A stretch of DNA of 64,000 nt from Ilumatobacteraceae bacterium (GTDB lineage Bacteria > Actinomycetota > Acidimicrobiia > Acidimicrobiales > Ilumatobacteraceae), in assembly GCA_044344715.1 (NCBI GenBank), contig JBIJCI010000001.1:13713-77712 (forward strand). The letters are read 5' to 3'. The notes beneath the pieces were generated by a model. It did no database searches and was not told where the DNA came from. It saw nothing but the letters and a program-made list of their open reading frames with translations. The number at the start of each line of letters is the position of its first letter. Positions within the stretch are counted from its first letter, which is position 1. Shown here one piece after another: positions 1 to 7,788 of the stretch. A program made the translations under genes and the position numbers.

Positions 1-800
1 CCAGCGCACAGGGCCTCCCCCTCAACAAGGTGGGATACGACCCGTTGGTGCCGGACGTTACCCAGGTGGATCCCGACGACATCGAGGCGTTGTCGGTGGC
101 GATGAGCCGTGACGGAGCACGAATCGCGGCGGTGCTGGTGGAACCACTGCAGGGAGCCGGTGGTGTGTTCCCGCCACGCGACGGTTACCTGCAGGCCCTG
201 CGCAAGTTGTGCGACCAGCACGGCGTCTTCCTCATCTTCGACGAGGTGATCTCCGGTTTCGGACGTCTCGGCACCTGGTTCGCCGCCGACCGCTACGGCG
301 TGGTTCCCGACTTCACCTGCTTCGCCAAGGCGGTGACGTCCGGGTACGTGCCGCTCGGCGGAGTCTTCGTCGGCGCGTCGCCGTTACGGGCGCTCGAGGC
401 CGACCCGAACTTCTTCCTCCGCACCGGATACACCTACTCCGGCCATGCCACCGCGTGCGCAGCCGCGCTGAAGAACCTGGAGATCATCGAGCGCGAGGGA
501 CTCGTCGCCCGGGCGACCCACGTCGGCTCCCTGGTGTCCGACGCCCTGAACGCACTGTGCAACGACGGTCTGTTGCGGGAGGTCCGCGGGGACGGTGGCG
601 TATGGGCGGCCGGTCTCCACCAAGGTCACGACGCGATGGTGGTACGCGATCTTGCGCTCGACAAGGGCGCCATCGTCCGGGGAATCGGGGCCGACACGAA
701 CGCGTTCTGCCCACCACTGGTCACGTCGGACGACGAGATCGCACGGCTCATGGACTCGTACGCTTCGGCACTGCACGAACACGTGAGGAACGTCGGATGA
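1..800 (+). CDS. PLP-dependent class-III (omega) aminotransferase, 5' end outside the window
   Basis: The frame is open from the window edge. It carries FDEVISGFGRLG and FAKAVTSGY (Schiff-base Lys context), typical of class-III aminotransferases. The stop TGA at 798-800 overlaps the next ATG (ATGA). Confidence 0.8.
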   Translation, partial: SAQGLPLNKVGYDPLVPDVTQVDPDDIEALSVAMSRDGARIAAVLVEPLQGAGGVFPPRDGYLQALRKLCDQHGVFLIFDEVISGFGRLGTWFAADRYGVVPDFTCFAKAVTSGYVPLGGVFVGASPLRALEADPNFFLRTGYTYSGHATACAAALKNLEIIEREGLVARATHVGSLVSDALNALCNDGLLREVRGDGGVWAAGLHQGHDAMVVRDLALDKGAIVRGIGADTNAFCPPLVTSDDEIARLMDSYASALHEHVRNVG

Positions 801-1567
801 AGCTCGCCGGTCGGAATGCACTCGTCACCGGCGGCGCGAGCGGCATCGGCGCGGCGCTCGCCGAGTCGCTGGTGAAGGCCGGCGCCCGAGTCACGGTCGT
901 CGACGTCAACGAGCAGTCGCTGTCCTCGATCGGCGACCGACTCGGGGTGCGCACCGCCGTCCTCGACGTCTCCTCGAGCGAGGCGTGGACCGACTTCGTC
1001 GCATCGCACGACCACTTCGATCTCGTGCATCTCAATGCCGGCGTCACCACCAACCGCAACGTACTCGACGGCCCGGTCGAACCTGCACCACCGCCCCTGA
1101 TCGGCCTCACCGACGACGACTACCGACGGGCAATCGGAGTGAACGTGGACGGAGTCGTCTTCGGTGCGCGGGCCGTGATTCCCGGGATGTGCGAGCGTCG
1201 CAGTGGCGACATCGTGGTGACTGCTTCGATCGCCGCATTCGTTCCGATCCCGCCGGATCCCGTCTACGGACTCACCAAGTACGCGGTGTCGGGACTCGTC
1301 AAGTCACTATCGCCCCGGCTGGCCGAGTTCGGCGTGTGCATCAGCGCAATCTGCCCCGGATTCGTCGATACCCCGCTGATCAGCGAGCGGGCACGTGAAT
1401 GGATCGCCGAGTTGGGGATGCCGCTGATGGCGACCCGTCAGGTGGTCGATGCGGTCGAGGCATCCCTGACCCGCCGGGTCAACGGCGGTCACTGGATCGT
1501 CCTGCCCGACAATGACCCGATCCTCCACGATCAAGCCGCGGTACCGTTTCCGACGAATCCCCGATGA
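797..1567 (+). CDS. Short-chain dehydrogenase/reductase (SDR)
   Basis: An internal ATG at 797 in ORF 209..1567 gives MKLAGRNALVTGGASGIGAAL, with the TGxxxGxG Rossmann motif. The upstream part of the ORF is Arg/Pro-rich shadow sequence overlapping the aminotransferase. Confidence 0.85.
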   Translation: MKLAGRNALVTGGASGIGAALAESLVKAGARVTVVDVNEQSLSSIGDRLGVRTAVLDVSSSEAWTDFVASHDHFDLVHLNAGVTTNRNVLDGPVEPAPPPLIGLTDDDYRRAIGVNVDGVVFGARAVIPGMCERRSGDIVVTASIAAFVPIPPDPVYGLTKYAVSGLVKSLSPRLAEFGVCISAICPGFVDTPLISERAREWIAELGMPLMATRQVVDAVEASLTRRVNGGHWIVLPDNDPILHDQAAVPFPTNPR

Positions 1568-1588
1568 CGAATCGTCGATGACGAGACG

Positions 1589-2815
1589 ATGACGTCGCCG
1601 GTCTTCAATCCGTTCGACCCGGCCTTCCGCGCGAATCCGCACCCGTTCTACGACGCGTTGCGAGAACTCGATCCCGTGCACCGGGCGGCTGGCGGGCTCG
1701 TCGTGCTCACCCGTTACGACGACGTCGCGAACGTACTGCGATCCAACGACTTCAGTCGCGACGTCGAGAAGTCGGCCAAGCCGCTCGACAACGCCGTCTC
1801 GCAGCGCCAACGTCAACGGCGGTCCGCGGGTACGAAGTCGATCCTCAACCTCGACCCTCCGGACCACACGCGATTGCGCAGGCTCGTGTCGAAATCGTTC
1901 ACCCCGAGCGTCATCGAACGACTACGTCCGTTGGTCCAACGCTTCGTCGATGAAGCCCTCGACCTGGTCGAGCAGCGCGTCGACGATGGTGGCGCCATGG
2001 AGCTCATCGACGACCTCGCATTCCCCGTCCCCTTCCTCGTGATTTCGGCGATGCTCGGCATGCCGACCGAACGCGCCGACGAGCTGCGCGAGTGGTCGAG
2101 GGTGCTCACCCAGACGCTCGAACCGACCGTGTCGCTGGACGACCTCGATGCCGCCGACCGGGCGTTCGCCGGTCTCATCCCGTTCCTCACCGAGGTGATC
2201 GCCCGTCGCCGCACCGAGCCGGGCGACGACATGCTCTCGCAGTTGATCGCAGCAGAGGAGGCCGGCGACTCGTTGTCGACACCGGAGCTGATCACGTTCG
2301 TGGTGCTGCTCTACGTGGCCGGCCACGAGACGACGGTCAACCTGATCGGGAACTCGGTGCTCGCACTGCTGCAGTCACCCGATCAGATGGCACTCGCCCG
2401 CAACGACGGTCTCGACCCGAACGCCATCGACGAGCTGCTGCGATTCGACGGACCGGTACAGCACACGGTGCGCATCCCGCTGAAGCCCGTGAGCTTCACC
2501 GTCGACGACCGGGTCATCGAGGTGGAGGCCGGCGAACGGGTGCTCACGAGCCTGGGCGCCGCGAGCCACGACCCGCGCGTGTTCACCGATCCGCACATCC
2601 TCGACCTCCGACGGCCGAATGCGAACAAGCACCTCGGGTTCGCCGCCGGAATCCACTACTGCCTCGGATCCGCACTGGCCCGACTCGAGACGCAGGTTGC
2701 GATCGAGTCGCTGTTGCGGCGGTTCCCACGGATCGAACTGGCGAGTGCGCCACAGTGGCGCGACCGGCTGACTATCCGCGGGGTCGATCGCCTGGAGCTC
2801 GCAATCGTGCGATGA
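1589..2815 (+). CDS. Cytochrome P450 monooxygenase
   Basis: 408 aa with the heme-thiolate loop FAAGIHYCLGSALAR (FxxGxHxCxG), the ExxR region ELLRFD and the I-helix-like AGHETT. Confidence 0.9.
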   Translation: MTSPVFNPFDPAFRANPHPFYDALRELDPVHRAAGGLVVLTRYDDVANVLRSNDFSRDVEKSAKPLDNAVSQRQRQRRSAGTKSILNLDPPDHTRLRRLVSKSFTPSVIERLRPLVQRFVDEALDLVEQRVDDGGAMELIDDLAFPVPFLVISAMLGMPTERADELREWSRVLTQTLEPTVSLDDLDAADRAFAGLIPFLTEVIARRRTEPGDDMLSQLIAAEEAGDSLSTPELITFVVLLYVAGHETTVNLIGNSVLALLQSPDQMALARNDGLDPNAIDELLRFDGPVQHTVRIPLKPVSFTVDDRVIEVEAGERVLTSLGAASHDPRVFTDPHILDLRRPNANKHLGFAAGIHYCLGSALARLETQVAIESLLRRFPRIELASAPQWRDRLTIRGVDRLELAIVR

Positions 2816-3659
2816 GCGACGAGGTGTCCCATCGACGCCCGCCCATCGCCATGATCTCCCCGTAGAAGTCGTTGACGATCGACGCGACCGGCAACTCGAC
2901 GCCGAGTCGGCGAGCCTCCTCGAGGCAGATCGCAAGGTCCTTGCGCATCCACTCGACGGCGAATCCGAAGTCGAACTCGTTGCGCACCATCGTCTTCGAA
3001 CGGTTCGACATCTGCCACGAACCTGCGGCACCCTGCGAGATGACCTCCACCAACTCGTCGGGGTTGAGTCCCGCGGCGAGCGCCAACGTGAGACCCTCGC
3101 TCAAACCCTGCACCACCCCGGCGATGCAGATCTGGTTGACCATCTTCGCGAGTTGACCGGAGCCTGCATTGCCGAGTCGCCTGCAGACCTTGGCATACCC
3201 CATGAGCACCGGGTACGCGCGGTCGAACACCTCCTGATCGTCGGCGCCGCACATCACCGAGAGCTGTCCATTCTCGGCACCGGCTTGTCCGCCCGACACC
3301 GGTGCGTCAACGAACCCGACACCCCGCTTGGCACACTGACCCGCCAGCTCGCGTGCCAATGTCGCCGATGCAGTGGTGTGATCGACGAGGATGCCGCCGG
3401 TCGACAGTCCGGCGAGCACGCCGTCATCGCCGAGCACCACCGAGCGGACGTCGTCGTCGTTGCCCACGCACACCATGACCATGTCGGCGTCGGCGGCGGC
3501 TTCGCGGGGGGTTGCCGCGGCCCCACCTCCGTGTGCCTGTACCCACTCGGCGGCCCGGGCGGCGGTGCGGTTGTAGACGGTGACCTCGTGGCCCTTCGCT
3601 GCGAGATGCCGCGCCATCGGGCCACCCATCACCCCCAGACCGACGAAGCCGATCCTCAT
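2772..3659 (-). CDS. NAD(P)-dependent 3-hydroxyisobutyrate / beta-hydroxyacid dehydrogenase family oxidoreductase
   Basis: N-terminal MRIGFVGLGVMGGPMARHL dinucleotide fold; DAPVSGG and GSGQLAKMVNQ motifs of the HIBADH family. It overlaps the P450 3' end convergently by 44 nt. Confidence 0.85.
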   Translation of the reverse strand: MRIGFVGLGVMGGPMARHLAAKGHEVTVYNRTAARAAEWVQAHGGGAAATPREAAADADMVMVCVGNDDDVRSVVLGDDGVLAGLSTGGILVDHTTASATLARELAGQCAKRGVGFVDAPVSGGQAGAENGQLSVMCGADDQEVFDRAYPVLMGYAKVCRRLGNAGSGQLAKMVNQICIAGVVQGLSEGLTLALAAGLNPDELVEVISQGAAGSWQMSNRSKTMVRNEFDFGFAVEWMRKDLAICLEEARRLGVELPVASIVNDFYGEIMAMGGRRWDTSSLIARLRAPGDRPRG

Positions 3660-4456
3660 CGGAACGCCGGACCTTCTGGCGTGACGTAGGCCGAGGTGAT
3701 GCCGCCGTCGATGACGAGGCTCTGACCCGTCATCCAGCTGCTCTCGTTCGACGCAAGGAAGAGTGCACCGTTGACGATTTCGTGCGGCTCGCCGAACCGC
3801 CCCATCGGGATGTGCACCAGACGACGCTCACGCTTGGCATCGTCGCTCAGGAACTTTGCCAGCAGCGGCGTCATCACCGGGCCGGGGCACAATGCATTGG
3901 CCCGCAACCCACGCCGGGCGTAGATCGCCGCGGTTTCCCGTGTGAATGCGAGCACCGCACCCTTCGACGCCGTGTAGGCGACCTGCGGTGTCGCCGCACC
4001 GAGGTGCGCCACGAAGGATGCGACGTTGACGATCGACGACGACTCCCGGCACCGGCCCGCGGATTCGAGCAGGTGCGGAATCGCGTGCCGACAGGCGAAC
4101 ATCACGCCCTTCACGTTGATGTCGATCGTCCGGTTGATCACGTCGTCGGGCGTGTTCTCCGGGTCGTCGTCGGCTGCCAGCATCACCCCGGCGTTGTTGT
4201 ACAACACGTGCAAGTCGCCGAAGGTACCGACGGCGAAGTCGATGGCCCCGCGAACCGAGGCGTCGTCGCTCACATCGCACCGGACCGCGGCGGCGGTCCC
4301 GCCGGATCGGGCGATCGATTGCAGCGTCTCCGTGGCGTCGTCGACGTCGGCGATCACCACCCGTGCCCCTTCGGCGGCGAATCGTTCGGCCCCCACACGA
4401 CCCAGGCCGCTCGCGGCACCGGTGATGAGGGCTACTTTTCCGGCTAGGCGTGGCAT
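3656..4456 (-). CDS. SDR family oxidoreductase
   Basis: GKVALITGAASGLG, NNAG and YTASKGAV (YxxxK) motifs. The stop overlaps the start of the downstream dehydrogenase by 4 nt. Confidence 0.9.
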   Translation of the reverse strand: MPRLAGKVALITGAASGLGRVGAERFAAEGARVVIADVDDATETLQSIARSGGTAAAVRCDVSDDASVRGAIDFAVGTFGDLHVLYNNAGVMLAADDDPENTPDDVINRTIDINVKGVMFACRHAIPHLLESAGRCRESSSIVNVASFVAHLGAATPQVAYTASKGAVLAFTRETAAIYARRGLRANALCPGPVMTPLLAKFLSDDAKRERRLVHIPMGRFGEPHEIVNGALFLASNESSWMTGQSLVIDGGITSAYVTPEGPAFR

Positions 4457-4473
4457 GGTTCGGACGGCTTGGT

Positions 4474-5898
4474 TCAGGCTCGCTCAAAGTAGCGCAGGCG
4501 TTCCCAATCGGTGACCGTCTGGTTGAAGGTCGACCATTCATGCCTGGCCATGTTGAGCAGGTGGTGGTGCACGTCATCGCCGAAGCACTCGCGGGCGATG
4601 GCGCTGCGTTCCCACAGGTCGGCTGCCTCGGCCAACGATGTCGCGATACGGGGCAGGTTGCCGGCTTCGTACCCGTTGCCGGCGTACGGTTCGCCCAGTT
4701 CGAGGCCGTGGCGGATTCCGTAGAGCCCCGCGGCAATGGTTCCGGCAAAGGCGAGGTACGAGTTGGCATCCGCACCGGGGATCCGGCACTCCACCCGTGT
4801 CGAAGATCCGTGTCCCACCACGCGGTACCCGAGCGTGCGATTGTCGACTCCCCATGCCACGGCGGTCGGCGCCCACGATCCGGGTTGGAAGCGTTTGTAA
4901 CTGTTCACCGTCGGCCCCCAGAGGATGCCGAAGTCCCGCGCAGCAGCCAACTGTCCGGCGAGGTACATGCGGAAGTGCGCGGTGAGCTGCGGGTCCTCGT
5001 TGCCGTGGGAATGTCCGGCGTCGAATGCCGAGCCGCGAATCGACCCCTCGCCGAGGTGCCAGAGGCTCGAGTGCACGTGGCACGACGACCCCGTTTCCGC
5101 GAAGTCGTACTTGGCCATGAAGGTCACGCTCCGGCCGAGGGCGGCCGCGATTTCCTTGGCGGCGGTCTTGTAGACGACGTTGCAATCGGCCATGTCGACG
5201 GCGCGGGCGTACGCGAGGTTGAGTTCGTGCTGCCCACGACCGGCCTCACCCTTGGAGAACTCGACGGGAATTCCCGCAGCTTCGAGACCGCGGCGAATCT
5301 CGCCGAGGACGTACTCGTCACGGGTCGTCTGGACGATCTGGTAGTCCTCCATGAACGGCGAGTGCGGCATCGGCTCGCGGTACCCGCGGGAGTGGAGCCG
5401 CTCGTAGGAATCGCGGAACAGGTAGAACTCGATCTCGCTACCGATCATCGGCTCGAGGTTCATCCGCCGCGCCGCCGCAACCTGATCGCGCAGCACCTGC
5501 CGCGGCGCAACACCGATGGGCTCACCGGTCGACACCGAGAACACGTCGCAGAGCACGAGTGCGGTCCTCGGCACCCACGGCGTGACGAAGATCGTGCCGA
5601 AGTCGGCGCGGGCCAGCATGTCGCCGTACCCGAGGTCGTACGACGCGAACTCGTAGCCGGGTACGGCCACATCGTCGAAGTCGGTGGCGATGAGGTAGTC
5701 GCAATTCTCCGTGCCGTGCTCGGCCACGTGGTCGAGGAAGTACCGGCCGGTGGTTCGCTTACCAACGAGCCGACCCTGGAGATCGGGGAATGCCATCACT
5801 ACGGTGTCGATTGCACCACGCTCGATCAACCCGACGAGCTCGTCGAATGACGGACGCTTCGTGCCCCCAGCCGAGTAACCGGACGAGGAGGCGGCCAC
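4474..5898 (-). CDS. Glutamine synthetase family protein (GlnA-like, probable gamma-glutamyl-amine synthetase)
   Basis: 474 aa with a GS catalytic-domain signature (KGEAGRGQHELNL, VDNRT, RVECRIPGADANSYL). Its length and sequence resemble actinobacterial GlnA3/GlnA4/PuuA-like paralogues more than GSI. Confidence 0.8.
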   Translation of the reverse strand: MAASSSGYSAGGTKRPSFDELVGLIERGAIDTVVMAFPDLQGRLVGKRTTGRYFLDHVAEHGTENCDYLIATDFDDVAVPGYEFASYDLGYGDMLARADFGTIFVTPWVPRTALVLCDVFSVSTGEPIGVAPRQVLRDQVAAARRMNLEPMIGSEIEFYLFRDSYERLHSRGYREPMPHSPFMEDYQIVQTTRDEYVLGEIRRGLEAAGIPVEFSKGEAGRGQHELNLAYARAVDMADCNVVYKTAAKEIAAALGRSVTFMAKYDFAETGSSCHVHSSLWHLGEGSIRGSAFDAGHSHGNEDPQLTAHFRMYLAGQLAAARDFGILWGPTVNSYKRFQPGSWAPTAVAWGVDNRTLGYRVVGHGSSTRVECRIPGADANSYLAFAGTIAAGLYGIRHGLELGEPYAGNGYEAGNLPRIATSLAEAADLWERSAIARECFGDDVHHHLLNMARHEWSTFNQTVTDWERLRYFERA

Positions 5899-5904
5899 GG
5901 CGGC

Positions 5905-6540
5905 CTACTTCTTCTTGCTCGTCGCCTTGGGCTTGGCCGGCTTCTTCTTCGCGTCCTTCGCCGGCTCCGCCTTGCGCTTTCCGCCGGTCGAGGCTCGCCC
6001 GAGCTCCTGCAACTGCGACTTCCCGCCGGCACTCAACACGCCCTTCTCGAGTGCCTCGTCGAGGAATCGTGTCGCCTCCTCGGTGGAGCAACGCTTCGAC
6101 GGGGCGATCTCCGAGATGAGGTTCAGGCGCGCCCGCTCGTACATCGTCTTCTCGGCGGCCGAGAGTTGGTTTTCGCGGTCCCGCGCCGCCAGGTTGCGCA
6201 CGACCTCGGCGACTTGGTACACGTCGCCGCTCTTCAACTTCTCCTGGTGGTTCTTGAATCGGCGCGACCAGTTCGCGGGCACGCGGGGGTCGGGCTTGGA
6301 GAGCACGTCGACGAGGTCCTGCAGTTCGCTCTTCGATACCGGGGGTCGGATACCGAGGTCGTACACCTTCGCCACCGGGACCGACAGTGTCATGCCCTTA
6401 CCGGTGGCATCGGTCATCACCGTCTCGAGGATCAGGTAGTCCTGCACCACGTCGAAGGCACGCATCCGTTTGATGGACTTGACGGTGCACGCCCCGTGTT
6501 GCGGGTAGATGACGGTGTCGTCCTTCTTGAACTTCTTCAC
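5905..6540 (-). CDS. carD: CarD/CdnL-family RNA-polymerase-binding regulator with a C-terminal Lys/Ala/Pro-rich tail
   Basis: The N-terminus KKDDTVIYPQHGACTV...ILE... matches the CarD_CdnL_TRCF domain and the central region matches the CarD C-terminal helical domain. GGAGGA lies upstream of the start. The last 26 aa contain 11 Lys. Confidence 0.85.
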   Translation of the reverse strand: MKKFKKDDTVIYPQHGACTVKSIKRMRAFDVVQDYLILETVMTDATGKGMTLSVPVAKVYDLGIRPPVSKSELQDLVDVLSKPDPRVPANWSRRFKNHQEKLKSGDVYQVAEVVRNLAARDRENQLSAAEKTMYERARLNLISEIAPSKRCSTEEATRFLDEALEKGVLSAGGKSQLQELGRASTGGKRKAEPAKDAKKKPAKPKATSKKK

Positions 6541-6644
6541 GGGTGGCTTTCCTCCGAACGGTCGTTTCAGGCTAAGGCGCGGTTACGCACGCGTCGGGTC
6601 GAGTGGTGGCCAGGCGCGCGGTGGCCCGGGCAACGTTGCGCTCG

Positions 6645-6718
<74 letters not shown>

Positions 6719-6940
6719 TATGGGGGCAGGTCGGGAAACCCGAACGACCCCTCTTTACGGTAGGGACCCACGGGCACCCGACGGGAAAGATAACGGTTTG
6801 ATGACAGTTCCGGCCCAAAGGTCACCGACCTGTAACCGCCCTCGTGCACCTGTGCAGGGACGGTTCCCCTAGACCTATAGGGACCCCTCACAGGGCGGCC
6901 ATCGGGTCGCCCGGGATCACCAAAAAGGAAACAACTACCA

Positions 6941-7708
6941 ATGGACAAAGTGGACTGGATAGCAGCGCTATCCAACAGCCAATACGAGCTGATTTACAAC
7001 GGATTCTCCTTCGCGGTTGCCGCGATGGGCATCGGATTCGTGTACTTCCTCGTCTCACGTAACCGAGTAGCACCCCAGTACCGCAGCGCCGTCACCATGT
7101 CGGCGATGATCTGCGGTATCGCGGCCTACCACTACTGGCGCATCTTCGGTCAGTTCGCTGACGGCGGCACCTGGAACGAGGGCTACCGCTACGCGGACTG
7201 GCTCCTCACGGTGCCGTTGCTCGTCGCCGAGCTCGTCGTCGTGTCGGGCCTCTCCAAGGAGGCGGCAAAGAAGGTGACCCCGCGACTCGTCGTGGCGGCC
7301 CTCCTGATGATCGCCACCGGTTACCCCGGCGAGACCGCCGATGCCGGCAGCAGCACTCGCACGGTCTGGGGCATCATCTCGAGCATCTTCATGCTCTACG
7401 TGCTCTACGAATTGTTCGCCGGTGAGGTGGGCAAGGCCCTCAAGTCGCAGAGCGGAGAAGTGGGAAGCAAGTTGAACAACGTTCGCTACCTGCTCCTCTT
7501 CACCTGGGGCGTGTACCCGATCGCTTACATCCTCGGCGACTCGACCAGCTGGCTCTCCGAGACCCTCGGCCTGAGCGGCAGCGAGGCGTCGACCGCAATC
7601 CAGTTCGGCTACACGATCGCCGACGTGTTGGCCAAGCCTGGTTACGGCTTGATCATCCTGGGTATCGCGATCGCACGCTCGAACGCAGAGGGTTACCGGG
7701 CCGCCTAA
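6941..7708 (+). CDS. Microbial (type-1) rhodopsin, proteorhodopsin/actinorhodopsin-like light-driven proton pump
   Basis: 255 aa with 7 hydrophobic helices. RYADWLLTVPLLVAEL aligns to proteorhodopsin RYIDWLLTVPLLICEF, giving D97/T101/E108 (the DTE motif) and Leu at the 105 tuning site. YHYW supplies the His75 equivalent. IADVLAKPGYG supplies the D227 and retinal Lys231 equivalents. AAAGGAAA lies about 10 nt upstream of the ATG. Confidence 0.92.
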   Translation: MDKVDWIAALSNSQYELIYNGFSFAVAAMGIGFVYFLVSRNRVAPQYRSAVTMSAMICGIAAYHYWRIFGQFADGGTWNEGYRYADWLLTVPLLVAELVVVSGLSKEAAKKVTPRLVVAALLMIATGYPGETADAGSSTRTVWGIISSIFMLYVLYELFAGEVGKALKSQSGEVGSKLNNVRYLLLFTWGVYPIAYILGDSTSWLSETLGLSGSEASTAIQFGYTIADVLAKPGYGLIILGIAIARSNAEGYRAA

Positions 7709-7743
7709 GGCTCCCGCGCTCTCCCACCCTGCGGGGTGGAACG

Positions 7744-7773
7744 AAAGGCCCCGGTCGAAAGGCCGGGGCCTTT
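7744..7773. terminator. GC-rich hairpin between convergent genes, a candidate bidirectional intrinsic terminator
   Basis: The stem aaaGGCCCCGG (7744-7754) pairs with CCGGGGCCttt (7763-7773), and tttctc follows on the plus strand. A smaller hairpin CCCACCC/GGGGTGG sits at 7723-7739. The structure lies between the rhodopsin stop (7708) and the cinA stop (7789). Confidence 0.7.
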
Positions 7774-7788
7774 CTCATGCGTTCGAAC

